The notes: generated by a model from the sequence alone, not told the origin. A stretch of 64,000 nt of DNA from Bdellovibrionota bacterium (GCA_041751875.1 JBGSIC010000018.1:32723-96722); one strand, 5' to 3'; numbered from the stretch's first letter, positions 18,148 to 28,420 are shown. A program made the numbers and translations.

Positions 18148-19734
18148 CTACTCTGTGGGGGTCAAGAGTTCGCCCGCTTCTTGAAGATCGGCGGCTGCCT
18201 TTTCTCGACCGCGTTCCGCGGATTGACGGGCCAGAGTATCAATTAAACCTTGCGTGCCCGAACCATCTTCACCAAAGAACCGCTCTTCGAGAGCCGCATC
18301 GCGTGTGAAACCACCTGGTAATTCCTGTGCGGCTTTGAGTGCCTTGGCCCAAAACGCGCGATAGATATCGACGTCAAGACGACCTTTTTCCGTATAGCGG
18401 TCGGGGTGCTCGGCTGCCTGCGCGCGTATATCTTTTTCGGCATCGGCGTAAGCTTGACGGGCAAGTCGGCGGTGTTCGGGATTAAGGAAATCAAAAGGGA
18501 AGGGGGCGTTCATTTCGTCGCCATATTCATCTCGTAAACCCTGCCACTGCTGGACCATCATAAAAAGAAGGTCGTCGCCCGCTGAGGTGACCACTGGTAA
18601 CTGATTGCGAAGCGCGGCTTCCTGATCTTGGTCTATGAGCTCGTTCTGTTCTTGTTCGGCCCGTTCGCCCTGCGCCTGCATATTGAGCTGCTGCTGCATG
18701 AAATAAACGCCAAACGGGGTGCCGAAAAGCACGACGAGTAGACGCGCGGACTTCATGGTGCGCCCGGTGATACGTGATAAGTTCTTTAAGGGCAACCAGG
18801 CGCGGTTTAATAAACCCGGTTTTGTCCACGGGCCTAAGTCGTGAGGGACGGTAGCTCGGCGCAAGCGACGTCCCGCTGATTCCGGCATGTCGTCGATAGC
18901 TAGAGGACCGTTGATTAATGCGGCGGCTTGATCGCGTTCCGAATGCAAACTCTGTGAGTACCGCTCGGCTCGGCTTAAAAGTTGCTCCAAATTTTCTAGC
19001 TTGAGACTGCCGGAACTGGGATCGATAGCAAGGGACTGCAAAGCTTCCGCAGGCACGTGGGCTAAGCCCATTTGTTTAAGGGCTTGGGCGAGTTTCTCGG
19101 CCTTCGCATCGCGGTTGGTTACGTGAGTGCGAAGCTTGTTCTGCAAACCCTCAAGGTACTGATCTTTAACAAAGGGAATGCCGTTGCCGTCCTGGCGCGA
19201 ATGATCCAAAGCGTTGTCTGGAAGCGCGGGGGGAGTACCCGCTTTGCGTAATTTCTTGAGCTGCTTGGCGAACGCAGGAGCCTGCCCTTTTGCCCATTCC
19301 TTAAACTGTTCTTCGGGCATCGCTAAAATTGCTTTCTCGTGCTCACGTAACGTTTCTTCGAAATCCTTTACTTCCGCTTCGTAAGCCTTCATTTGGGGCA
19401 AGCGAGTGGCGGCATCCAGATGTTGATAACGTTGGGTGAGGGCCTTTTTATTGCCTCGTCCTAGTCGGTAGGCAAGATAAACACCGGCCGTAGAAACTGC
19501 CGTCACCGATCCATACAACAAGGGATCGTTCCAGTGGTCGGAACCGAAATTGGTTGTCTCCATCGCGGTCTTCGCGACTTCCCCGGCGGATTGAGCTTTT
19601 TCTCCCATCCAGGAAAGGGCTTGTCCGCAGAATTCCGTAAAGCCATTGGCGTGGGCGGGCGAAGGAAAGACGATTGAGAAAACTAGCAGAATCTGAACAA
19701 TCCAAAGATTCAATTTTGCAAAAATCGATTTCAC
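18148..19734 (-). CDS. secreted hypothetical protein (528 aa), no recognizable domain
   Basis: Signal peptide MKSIFAKLNLWIVQILLVFSIVFPSPAHA. Charged/coiled-coil-like central region and one internal hydrophobic segment (LLVVLFGTPFGVYF). Confidence 0.5.
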   Translation of the reverse strand: MKSIFAKLNLWIVQILLVFSIVFPSPAHANGFTEFCGQALSWMGEKAQSAGEVAKTAMETTNFGSDHWNDPLLYGSVTAVSTAGVYLAYRLGRGNKKALTQRYQHLDAATRLPQMKAYEAEVKDFEETLREHEKAILAMPEEQFKEWAKGQAPAFAKQLKKLRKAGTPPALPDNALDHSRQDGNGIPFVKDQYLEGLQNKLRTHVTNRDAKAEKLAQALKQMGLAHVPAEALQSLAIDPSSGSLKLENLEQLLSRAERYSQSLHSERDQAAALINGPLAIDDMPESAGRRLRRATVPHDLGPWTKPGLLNRAWLPLKNLSRITGRTMKSARLLVVLFGTPFGVYFMQQQLNMQAQGERAEQEQNELIDQDQEAALRNQLPVVTSAGDDLLFMMVQQWQGLRDEYGDEMNAPFPFDFLNPEHRRLARQAYADAEKDIRAQAAEHPDRYTEKGRLDVDIYRAFWAKALKAAQELPGGFTRDAALEERFFGEDGSGTQGLIDTLARQSAERGREKAAADLQEAGELLTPTE

Positions 19735-19750
19735 GCGCTCTCCGCCGGGC

Positions 19751-19774
19751 GCTCACTGTATACAAGCAGTGAGC
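19751..19774. promoter_or_regulatory. palindrome GCTCACTG-tatacaa-GCAGTGAGC in divergent control region
   Basis: 8-bp perfect inverted repeat immediately upstream of the 528-aa gene start (19734). Possible operator or leader hairpin. Confidence 0.3.
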
Positions 19775-20143
19775 AGGTCACACTATGCCCTCACTCCTAT
19801 AACCAACATTCGTGCCAGGGGGAACGGGAATATTCCACCGTGATGTTGAGCGTTTTCGCTTGTTTTTCGAACCGGCGGCGCATTTTTGTCGGGCAGCTGG
19901 AAAAAGGGTCGACGGGGGCGTATTCCGTAAAGATACTAAGCGCGCCTCTCCCAACCGCACCAAGCCCCGATTCCGCAATAGATTGGGCACCTTCTCGTCT
20001 TTGCGTAGCCATTGCGTCTACGTTGCTTACACCCTTCAAAAACTCCCTATTGCTCCACCGCTAAGGCCCGAAATTAATTGGTTTTACAGATGCGATTTAC
20101 CCTCTATCTTGGCGCAGAGCTTGCTCTGTAAAGAGGAACAGCT

Positions 20144-23100
20144 TTGAGCCAACGACCGGGGGGCGGTACGCATCTCTTAATAAAAAGCATTCTGGGTCTC
20201 GCTCTTGTCAGCGCGTTTGCGGTTTTCGCGGACGAAGAGGGGTCCACTTTTCCCATCCAAAATGGGTACATGCGCCTTCAAGCGCATGCGCAAGCGGGTC
20301 GACTTCCTCCGAGCGAACTATTGCGCTATCTGAACTGGGGAGGAACTTCCACTTTCAACCGCCTTTTCGAAATCTACCAGTCGGAATTCTTTCGCCCATG
20401 GAGCAACAAGGAGGAGCGCAAGCGCCTTGAGGCTTTCTTGACCGAACAAGCCATTGCGTGGAGAGCTAGCGGTAGTGATGCTGCGGAACTCGGTTTCAAT
20501 CCGCTGGAGAGGCTCTCCGCTGATATTAGACGTTTTGTTCGCGAACAGTCTGTCGATCTCGATAAGCCGATGGGGTTTCACCGCGCAGAAGCACTAGCCC
20601 GCTCAACTGTCTCGACACGACTCTTGCGGTCCGAACGAGACAAACAGATTCGAAAACTCGCTCTGCAATTAGAAGATGAAGTCGATCCCCTGGCCCGCCA
20701 ACAACTAGCGGTTCCCCTAACGGATCGCTTTGGGCCATGGATCAAGGAAACGATGGGTGAAATTGCAGAAGAGAGTATGCGCCACCATCTGCGCTTGCGT
20801 CGCGCGGCCGCACAGGTCGATCCCGATTTAAAGTTCATGTTAGTCCCGGCTGCCGCTGATCTGAATTCGTTGGAAGGAGGGATAGAAATCTCTCCGGACG
20901 AACTCTTGCGGCTAGCCCCGGTCTATAGTCGCGAGGAGAAGTTTCCCATCGGATTAGCCATGCGATTTCGCGATCCCGCTAGAGACGGGGATTTTCGTTT
21001 GGTGGCGAGTCACCCGCGTTTGCAACCGCAGATGGTAAGCCATTTCAATGTAGCTGCTGATGAAACCCTTGCGGCGCTGATGCGTCTTCACACCTTTACA
21101 GACCCAGAAAAAGCCAAGGCGCTTTTTGCGATTCGTACGCAAGCGGATCACGCGAGCGGTCTTTTGTCGGGGACTTTTTCAGCGTGGGGGAGAGGGAGTT
21201 CGCCTGCCGAAGTATTAAAACACTTAGAGGCGAAAAAGTTTTCGTACGAGTCCATGATTTCCTATTTCGGAGATCGCGAGCGCGTACACGATCTGGTGCT
21301 TGCGCAAGTACTGCACGAGCCGCAAAAATGGCAGAAGCGGTATGAATTTTTAAAGCGTTACGGCGCGCTGGGCTCATCTGCGTTGAAGGGACTTAAGGCT
21401 GCAGCCAGCTCCGGAATGGCAGTCGTTCACTACTCTCACGCTCTGGTCGATGAAATGCGGAATTGGCCGGCCGATCTCAAGAGTTTCGCCCACTCGATAA
21501 AAAACAATGTTGATGTTCAGGCGATAAAATTTGGCGATGTACGGGCGAATAACTCTGGGTATTTGGCCAATTTCTTTCGCCGTTTATTTGGGCGCGTGCC
21601 GGCCGGTGTGGCCGCGCAGCCGGCGGTTCAGTCCAGAGGGGAAAGAGTCCAAAGTCCCAATGGAATGGTAGAAGGGGCAAAGCGTGTGGCGAGAGACGTT
21701 GCGATGGCGGTGGCCGGTGCGGGCGTTCTTTCTGGGGTGGCCATCGGCGCTCATGAGCTCGGTCTTCTCGACGACATCAGTTGGGATTTCTTTAAGGGCG
21801 CCGTAGAGGAATCATTTCGTACGCGTTCGCTTGCTTCCGATATGGGGGACCGTTTGGTTGAGCCCAGTAAGGGGTTTTTGGCCTCAGCGATGAAATGGCC
21901 AGCCTTCGCTGGCGTCGCTCTTGTTGCGGCGGCAACACCCGCGCTCTTGAAAAAAATGGGTAAAAGCGCCCGCGCGCAAGTGGAAGAATCAGACCGGCCG
22001 GTCGATGCACTTTTTACCTACCGACCGGCCGAAGGAGGTCAGATGCCCGCGGGTTTGGAAATTCCCATGAGGACGGATTTGACCTTTGGCGACAGCGAAG
22101 TACGCACGATACCGACTGAGGCGGCGGACGAAAACGTGGGTTTAGTCCATTCTCGGCGTCCGGTTGTGTCGCTGGCAGACGGGATGGTCCCCATTGCGCG
22201 TCCGCTGGGCCAAGCTCTTATCGGGCTTAGAGTCACAGATGCCAATCACCGAAGCCTTAAGCAAGGAAGCGATTTCGAAGTGGTTTATCGCCCCGAGAGA
22301 GATGCTTATTTTATTCGTTTGCTAAACCCAGAAATCGGCTCGGTTCATTATCGTGCGGAAGTGGAAGAAACTCCGAGTGGCTCCCATCGTTTAGACGTAC
22401 GCGGCACTTTGGCCTTAGATGATGTAGACGCGCAGAAAGCTTTGAAGGAGGCAATCGAAAGCTCGGGCTTTGACCGTTTGGGGCGACAAATGGGCCAGCG
22501 CATGACAAGGGGAGCTCTCGCCACAACAGGCGACTTGGAAGCCCTTTTATCGCAGAGTAACTCGTATCCGCTCATGAAAGGGGAAAGTCTTCCCGATTTA
22601 CCGACGGATGATGTCGGTAAGTATGAAAAGTTTCAAGTAGGCGGTTGCCTGAATGGTAATTGCACCGTGAGTAACGGCTTTGGTGCCTCCGCGCTAAACG
22701 CGCTTTTACAAGCGCAGGATCCGGAACTGCGTGCTGAAGTGCGAACGACTCTTCCCCTTCACCAGGATGGACGAGCCTTGGAAGGGCACGTGCGCACCTA
22801 TGTATACCGAGGAGACCAACTCGTAGACGTGCTGGACTTTACTTCCAGCAACATCCGGTACGGGGATATTTTCCGTCACATCATGCGCCGGATCACAGGA
22901 CGTCTTCCCAAGCCCCAGGAAAAAGCGAGCGCACCACCGGCGGACAAGAATGCGGTATTTTTCAACTGGGCGCGCACAGAAGGCAAATCTCTCTTAAAAG
23001 CGTTAGCCGATGATCGAAAGTTTTTGGAGGACCAACTTAAACGCCATCGCGTGAGCGATCAGTCTGATCCGTCCAAGCGTCTCTATGCGCTTCATAATTT

Positions 23101-23443
23101 AATGGAGGCCGTACTCGATCCCCACCAGAAGATCGAAGAAGTCGTTGAGCGTGTGGGAAGGCACGTTTCGTTGCCGGATGGGGAAACCGATCGCTACGCT
23201 TTATTCGACGCTATTTCGGCAGCCATTGAAAGGGAAGGTAAGCAAATTGACAAACTTTACGTTGAAAATCCCGGCAGAAATGATTTTGGTACACGTCGCC
23301 GGCACTTTAACCGTGTGAGCTTAGATCCAGTCGAGAAAGTAGCCCCGATGCAAGATGTGGCCCGCGCGATGGCGAGCACAAACGGACAACTCAGCCGAGG
23401 CGTGAAACGCTGCCGAGAAGCCCTAGCGAGTGTCGCTGATTAA
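20144..23443 (+). CDS. large secreted/membrane-associated hypothetical protein (1099 aa) with possible C-terminal transglutaminase-like Cys-His-Asp core
   Basis: TTG start with an AAGAGGAA SD. Signal peptide. Two central hydrophobic helices. C-terminal segment ...GNCTVSNGFGASALNALL...(about 45 aa)...GHVRTYVYRGDQLVDVLDFT resembles the C / HxW-EVY / D-x-T spacing of the transglutaminase-like cysteine-peptidase core. Confidence 0.5.
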   Translation: MSQRPGGGTHLLIKSILGLALVSAFAVFADEEGSTFPIQNGYMRLQAHAQAGRLPPSELLRYLNWGGTSTFNRLFEIYQSEFFRPWSNKEERKRLEAFLTEQAIAWRASGSDAAELGFNPLERLSADIRRFVREQSVDLDKPMGFHRAEALARSTVSTRLLRSERDKQIRKLALQLEDEVDPLARQQLAVPLTDRFGPWIKETMGEIAEESMRHHLRLRRAAAQVDPDLKFMLVPAAADLNSLEGGIEISPDELLRLAPVYSREEKFPIGLAMRFRDPARDGDFRLVASHPRLQPQMVSHFNVAADETLAALMRLHTFTDPEKAKALFAIRTQADHASGLLSGTFSAWGRGSSPAEVLKHLEAKKFSYESMISYFGDRERVHDLVLAQVLHEPQKWQKRYEFLKRYGALGSSALKGLKAAASSGMAVVHYSHALVDEMRNWPADLKSFAHSIKNNVDVQAIKFGDVRANNSGYLANFFRRLFGRVPAGVAAQPAVQSRGERVQSPNGMVEGAKRVARDVAMAVAGAGVLSGVAIGAHELGLLDDISWDFFKGAVEESFRTRSLASDMGDRLVEPSKGFLASAMKWPAFAGVALVAAATPALLKKMGKSARAQVEESDRPVDALFTYRPAEGGQMPAGLEIPMRTDLTFGDSEVRTIPTEAADENVGLVHSRRPVVSLADGMVPIARPLGQALIGLRVTDANHRSLKQGSDFEVVYRPERDAYFIRLLNPEIGSVHYRAEVEETPSGSHRLDVRGTLALDDVDAQKALKEAIESSGFDRLGRQMGQRMTRGALATTGDLEALLSQSNSYPLMKGESLPDLPTDDVGKYEKFQVGGCLNGNCTVSNGFGASALNALLQAQDPELRAEVRTTLPLHQDGRALEGHVRTYVYRGDQLVDVLDFTSSNIRYGDIFRHIMRRITGRLPKPQEKASAPPADKNAVFFNWARTEGKSLLKALADDRKFLEDQLKRHRVSDQSDPSKRLYALHNLMEAVLDPHQKIEEVVERVGRHVSLPDGETDRYALFDAISAAIEREGKQIDKLYVENPGRNDFGTRRRHFNRVSLDPVEKVAPMQDVARAMASTNGQLSRGVKRCREALASVAD

Positions 23444-26079
23444 GCAGCCCCTGAAGCTTCGAGATCCTGTTGCGGGCGCGATTGAGACCGTTTCGCGTTG
23501 CCTGTCCATGCTGAGTAAATGGCTTCCTCAGAAATCTGTTCCGGATGCACCAAAGAAATGACAGCCTGCTGAGGTTGCAGATATTTTTGGGCGACTCGCA
23601 GAATGGTTTCCGCGGTGACTTCCTGGATTTTCTTCGGGTATTCAAGAGAGTGTAAATGTCCGTAACCGTAAGTCTCATCCAAACCATAGAGCATAGCTTG
23701 GGAAGAATTGCGCTGCAGGTCTAGTTCGAAACGTCCCACGAGGTATTGCTTAGCGCGCGCGAGTTCTTTGGCACTCATCGGCTTATTTAGCACCTTGTCT
23801 AGTTCAGCGCGTATACCCGTAATGGATCGCTGCCATTTTTCGGGCGAAGTCCCAATATAAAATGCAAAGGTCCCCCGTTCGATGCTTTCGCTTTCCATGG
23901 GCGCTACCGTGTAGGCGAGACTCTGCTTGTCGCGCAACTCGAGGAACAGTCGTCCCCCTTGGCCCGACAAACAAGAAGACAACACCCGCAGAGCAAAACG
24001 GTCTTCATCATTTAACGTCGTGCCCAAAAAACCAATCAGCGCGTGCGCCTGAAAGAGGGGCGTTTTCACGGCCGAGCGGATACGAATTTGAGAAGGCGCA
24101 GAAATGTCCGCTGCTGGTAGGCTGGCTTTTCCCCGAGGACGCAAGGGCGCGACCAGGGACTGCAATTCTTCCATCCAGTCCTGGGGAGCAAAAGCCCCTA
24201 CCGTCGAAATCACGAGGCGTTCCTTATGAATGTAGTCGCGGTACCACTGTTTGAGCACGTCGGTGCTTAGTCCACCCACGGCTTCTTTCGTTCCAATCGA
24301 CGGGAAACCAAAACGATGGTTTTCGTACATAGCCGAAAGGAAATTGAGCTGGCACATCTGGCCGGGAGAGTCATTGATCGACTCAATCTCGCGCAGCGTG
24401 ATGTCCCTTTGGGTCTTAAATTCTTCTTCCGGAAAGGTCGGATTATAAAGGATATCCGACAAGATGGGCTTAATCCGGTTCCAGTGGTGAGAAACAAAAT
24501 CCACGCTGAGTCCGCAGGTGTTTTTTCCCGCAAACGCGCCGACCGAAGCGCCGAGAGATTCCAAAATTTTGGCCATCGCTAGCGAGGTATAATTCTGTGT
24601 GCCGGAAGTCCACAAAGTAGAGAACAGACTGGAAATCCCCAGATTGTGAGTTTGCTCTTCACGCGACCCGCCGCCTAAAAAGATAAAACGAAGCGAGGTG
24701 AGTGGCAGAGTGTTGTTACGTTTCCAGATAAACGAGCATTTCTCGACCACCTTTTTCTGAGGGGGATCCAAAGTGACACGGCTCTTGGTGACCTGAACCT
24801 TGGGAAGCTTGATGGCACCCCACAGTTGTTTCTTATCCAACTCGAATTTTTGTGGGTGCACAATGGATACAACGGGCTTGGCTTTCATGAGTGCCTGAAA
24901 AGCTAGCTGTACATCTGCGCCTGTGCACTCTGAAATCATTTCAAGGTAAGTTTTCTCAAATTCTGGGTCCTTGAAGTGCAGGTTGTAGTATCCGAGACGG
25001 CGAGCATAGCCCTCGACAGTTTGCTTGCCGTAAAAAATTTCTGATTCCATGCCGCTTTTCACTCTGTCGAGTTCTTCGGCATGTAAGCCCTCGGCTGCCA
25101 CTTCCGCGAGAATTTTCATCATCTCTGCGACAGCTTCATAAAGTTTATCGGGAGCGGTGAGTAGGCTAAGGGTCGCAACGCCGCAACGATCGGTGGCAAC
25201 GATCCCCATATCGGCGTCCATGGCGAGGCGCGTTTCTTTCACCAGTCGTTGATAAAAACGGCTGCTTTCCCCTTGTCCAACCGCGGTGGCCAGAAGGTCC
25301 AGAGCGGCGACGCTGGGGTCACGGAGCGCAGGACTGCGAAAGCCAATTTGCAAATGGCACTCTTGTACGTCACGGGCAAGGGTGGCCATCGGCTGCCCAC
25401 TGAGAGAGGCAAGGCTGAGAGGCTTTTCTTTAGCTTTCGACTTAGGCGCCTTCCTTACCTTTGCAAACTTCTTTTCCGCAAGTTCGTAGGCTTCTTGCGG
25501 GTCAATGTCGCCTACCAAAAAGAGAGAAAAGGTTCCCGCGTGGTAATTTTCTTGGAAATACTTTTTGAGTGTCGCAGCCGAAAAGCCGCCGACTGTTTTT
25601 TCAAAGCCGAGCACCGGGCGGCCGTAGGGGGTTCCCGGAAAGGTCTTTGCCCATAGGTTGGTGAAAACCATTTTGGACGGAGAATCATAGGCACGCTTGA
25701 TTTCTTCCAAAATCACTTCGCGTTCCCGATCCATTTCCACGCGATCAAAGGTGGCGTTCTGAACGGCGTCGGCGATTACGTCTAGACCGTTCTCAAAAAA
25801 GCGACTTGCGAGCGTGGTGTAGTACACGGTTTCTTCGAATGAGGTGTAGGCGTTGACTTCGCCTCCCCAGGTTTCGATATCCAGAGCAATCTGGCCGACT
25901 TTGCGTTTCTTGGTGCCCTTGAAAAGGGCGTGTTCAATAAAATGGGAAATCCCGGCCAAAGGGGCGGGCTCATGCGCACTTCCGCGGGCGACCCAGGCCT
26001 GGATGCTCACCACCGGAGCGTTGTGCATCTCCACAACAAAAAGTGGTATTCCGCTCTTGAGAGTGTATGTTTTGACCAT
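23440..26079 (-). CDS. M16-family zinc metallopeptidase (tandem insulinase/pitrilysin-like halves)
   Basis: Inverted zinc motif HFIEHALF in the N-terminal half. 879 aa consistent with two M16 domains. Confidence 0.85.
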   Translation of the reverse strand: MVKTYTLKSGIPLFVVEMHNAPVVSIQAWVARGSAHEPAPLAGISHFIEHALFKGTKKRKVGQIALDIETWGGEVNAYTSFEETVYYTTLASRFFENGLDVIADAVQNATFDRVEMDREREVILEEIKRAYDSPSKMVFTNLWAKTFPGTPYGRPVLGFEKTVGGFSAATLKKYFQENYHAGTFSLFLVGDIDPQEAYELAEKKFAKVRKAPKSKAKEKPLSLASLSGQPMATLARDVQECHLQIGFRSPALRDPSVAALDLLATAVGQGESSRFYQRLVKETRLAMDADMGIVATDRCGVATLSLLTAPDKLYEAVAEMMKILAEVAAEGLHAEELDRVKSGMESEIFYGKQTVEGYARRLGYYNLHFKDPEFEKTYLEMISECTGADVQLAFQALMKAKPVVSIVHPQKFELDKKQLWGAIKLPKVQVTKSRVTLDPPQKKVVEKCSFIWKRNNTLPLTSLRFIFLGGGSREEQTHNLGISSLFSTLWTSGTQNYTSLAMAKILESLGASVGAFAGKNTCGLSVDFVSHHWNRIKPILSDILYNPTFPEEEFKTQRDITLREIESINDSPGQMCQLNFLSAMYENHRFGFPSIGTKEAVGGLSTDVLKQWYRDYIHKERLVISTVGAFAPQDWMEELQSLVAPLRPRGKASLPAADISAPSQIRIRSAVKTPLFQAHALIGFLGTTLNDEDRFALRVLSSCLSGQGGRLFLELRDKQSLAYTVAPMESESIERGTFAFYIGTSPEKWQRSITGIRAELDKVLNKPMSAKELARAKQYLVGRFELDLQRNSSQAMLYGLDETYGYGHLHSLEYPKKIQEVTAETILRVAQKYLQPQQAVISLVHPEQISEEAIYSAWTGNAKRSQSRPQQDLEASGAA

Positions 26080-26128
26080 TGTGAGCCCTTTATTGGAAAA
26101 ATCTCAGTCTACCTGCAAGAACCTACCG

Positions 26129-27268
26129 GTGACAATTCCCTTCGGTATTTACGTTCACATCCCGTTTTGCGTGCATAAGTGTTCTTACTGTGACTTCTAC
26201 TCTTTTACTCAGTATGGCCGGAACGACTTTGAGCGTCTTGAGGCGCAGCTCGTAAACGAGGTGCGTCAGATGGCCGCTTATATAAAAGAACGCCAGGGTA
26301 ACCTATCGCCGGTCACCAGTGTTTTTTTTGGTGGGGGCACTCCTTCCTTGATGCCCACCTCGTCGATTCAAAAAATTTGCGATACCTTGGCAGAAGAATT
26401 TCCTTTTGCAAAAGAGGTTGAGATCACACTAGAGGCGAATCCGGAAACCGTGGATGCGAGGTTTGCCGCCTCCCTTTTTGCGACACCGGTGAATCGGGTG
26501 AGCTTGGGAGCCCAAAGTTTTCAGGCCAAACATCTAAAATCTTTAGAACGGTTGGGTAGCGCGGAAAGTATTGTTTCTGCGGTCGGCTTTCTGAAAGAAG
26601 CGGGCTTTACGAATTTCAATCTTGATCTCATCACGGGAATCCCCGGACAAAGCGAAGAGGAGTTTCTGGAGGACATTGAAAAAGCGGTAAGCTTGGGGCC
26701 CACCCATCTGAGCTTTTACACCCTTACTTTAAAGAGCAAGCACCCGCTGGCCACTCAACTCCCCAGTGAAGACAAGGCTGCGGATCTGTATGAGGCAGGT
26801 ATCCGACGTTTGCAGATTTTGGGTTTTGATCAGTACGAGATTTCTAATTTCGCGCGTCCTGGTTTAGGTTGCCGACACAACCTTCTCTATTGGAGTGGGG
26901 GCGATTTCCTAGGCATTGGGCCATCGGCGTCGAGCCGCTTTTTCTGGGAGAGGGTGTTTCACCACCGAAAGCAAAAGGCCCACTTCGAAACTTACTTGGA
27001 GCTAAACGAATTTAGAAGTCTGCCATTTGAAACGACCACCAAAGCCCAAACTGTCCTCGAAGCGAGCTTTCTGGAACTGAGAACAAACGATGGTGTGGAT
27101 TTGGATCAGTTTCAAGCCCGATACGGGTACGACTTTAGAAAAGCAAAAAAGTATGAGCTTTTTGCAAAAAACGCGCTGATCCAGGAAAAGGACAACCGCC
27201 TTGTCTTAAGCCACCGCGGCCGCCTTCTTGCTGATTCTGTTACCGAGCAGTTGGTCGACTGGATCTGA
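26129..27268 (+). CDS. hemW: radical SAM heme chaperone HemW / HemN-like coproporphyrinogen III oxidase family
   Basis: GTG start gives MTIPFGIYVHIPFCVHKCSYCDF (CxxxCxxC) plus the HemN_C region. The upstream track extension would overlap the M16 gene start. Confidence 0.8.
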   Translation: MTIPFGIYVHIPFCVHKCSYCDFYSFTQYGRNDFERLEAQLVNEVRQMAAYIKERQGNLSPVTSVFFGGGTPSLMPTSSIQKICDTLAEEFPFAKEVEITLEANPETVDARFAASLFATPVNRVSLGAQSFQAKHLKSLERLGSAESIVSAVGFLKEAGFTNFNLDLITGIPGQSEEEFLEDIEKAVSLGPTHLSFYTLTLKSKHPLATQLPSEDKAADLYEAGIRRLQILGFDQYEISNFARPGLGCRHNLLYWSGGDFLGIGPSASSRFFWERVFHHRKQKAHFETYLELNEFRSLPFETTTKAQTVLEASFLELRTNDGVDLDQFQARYGYDFRKAKKYELFAKNALIQEKDNRLVLSHRGRLLADSVTEQLVDWI

Positions 27269-27274
27269 CTCCCG

Positions 27275-28420
27275 TTATTTCCTCACTGTTTTTATTGGAG
27301 CTTCGAGCGTATCGGGGTGCGGTAAAGCTATTGTCCTTTCGGAAATGGCGAGAAAAGTCGGAACCATTTTGCTGGCCAGACGATTGTGAATTTGGATGCT
27401 TGCATGCATATCTTTGCGACTTATGACTCGTTGTTCTGCTGGCCAATCGGTTACCCAGGTCGAGACATCGTGGACATCAACGTTGTGTTCCGCAGCAACA
27501 CGTTGGAGTGGCTCTCGGTAAGCGAGGCTTTCGTCAATCTGATTAAGAAAAGGGAAAATAACTAGCTGAGTCCTAATCCCTTTCCCGTTTGCCCATTTAA
27601 AAATCCGTTTTACGTCTTCGAGGTGCTTTTCCAGAATTTGTGGCGAGCGATACAGCGTAATCAGTTTGTTGCCTATATTCGAGGGATTCGGGAGAAACTT
27701 CCAGAATAGGAAATCGGCTAGGTACGAGTTTTTTACGAGGTATCTGAGCCAGCTGGAACGGCCTTCGAAGGGTGAGAAGGACAAGTCGACGCCCGCTTCG
27801 GCGGCCAGATAGTCGATGTCATTCCCAAAATAGACGTACAGCAAATGGTGCGGAATGAGGGGGTAATTGTGCAGAGCCCTTAATTGATCTCTGGTATTCC
27901 ATCCGTTTTGGGCAACGGTGTAGAAACGGTATTGCTTGCCCAGAGAGCGTTCTAATTGGTTTTGGAAGCGGTCTGACACATCATTTATTCCATGACCCGC
28001 GACAAAGGAGTCCCCTAGAACTACGACGTTCGTGGGATTGAACCCCGGATCGTGAGGCTCATTCAGGTCACGAAATCCAATCGAGTTAATGGGATTCCAA
28101 TAGACTCGAGCCCAATTGTGAGCGGCTTTAGCAAAGTTGAGACCGTGAGTCTCGGGGTAGTAGACGAAAAATCTCTCCAGGCCGCAGAGGACGGTTAAAA
28201 CAATCGTTGCTGTACACCAGAAGGAAGTCCAGTTCCGATTGAGATGGTGCCGCTTTTCAAGACGCAGGAGAAAAACGAGTGCTGTTGTCGCTAGTAGTAC
28301 CGGGACAAGCAGAAACCAATTCTTCAAAAAGCCGAAAAGACGGGTATAGAGGAATAGGCATACCAAGCTACAAAGGCCGACTGACATTACTGTGCAAAGG
28401 GCGTAAAGGCGGACTCTCAT
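27275..28420 (-). CDS. membrane-anchored SGNH/GDSL-family hydrolase
   Basis: N-terminal TM helices, then VVVLGDSFVAG (GDS(L) block I). ATG at 28420 versus GTG at 28459. Confidence 0.6.
   Translation of the reverse strand: MRVRLYALCTVMSVGLCSLVCLFLYTRLFGFLKNWFLLVPVLLATTALVFLLRLEKRHHLNRNWTSFWCTATIVLTVLCGLERFFVYYPETHGLNFAKAAHNWARVYWNPINSIGFRDLNEPHDPGFNPTNVVVLGDSFVAGHGINDVSDRFQNQLERSLGKQYRFYTVAQNGWNTRDQLRALHNYPLIPHHLLYVYFGNDIDYLAAEAGVDLSFSPFEGRSSWLRYLVKNSYLADFLFWKFLPNPSNIGNKLITLYRSPQILEKHLEDVKRIFKWANGKGIRTQLVIFPFLNQIDESLAYREPLQRVAAEHNVDVHDVSTWVTDWPAEQRVISRKDMHASIQIHNRLASKMVPTFLAISERTIALPHPDTLEAPIKTVRK

Noticed and set aside
19751-19774. LexA/SOS box interpretation of GCTCACTGTATACAAGCAGTGAGC
   Set aside because: It contains CTGT but the partner is not ACAG at the CTGT-N8-ACAG spacing. 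I cannot match it to a known LexA consensus, so it is kept only as an unassigned palindrome.
25853-26128. N-terminal 92-codon extension of hemW given in the ORF track
   Set aside because: It would overlap the divergently oriented M16 peptidase start by more than 200 nt and has no HemW-like sequence. The conserved HemW N-terminus begins exactly at the GTG at 26129.
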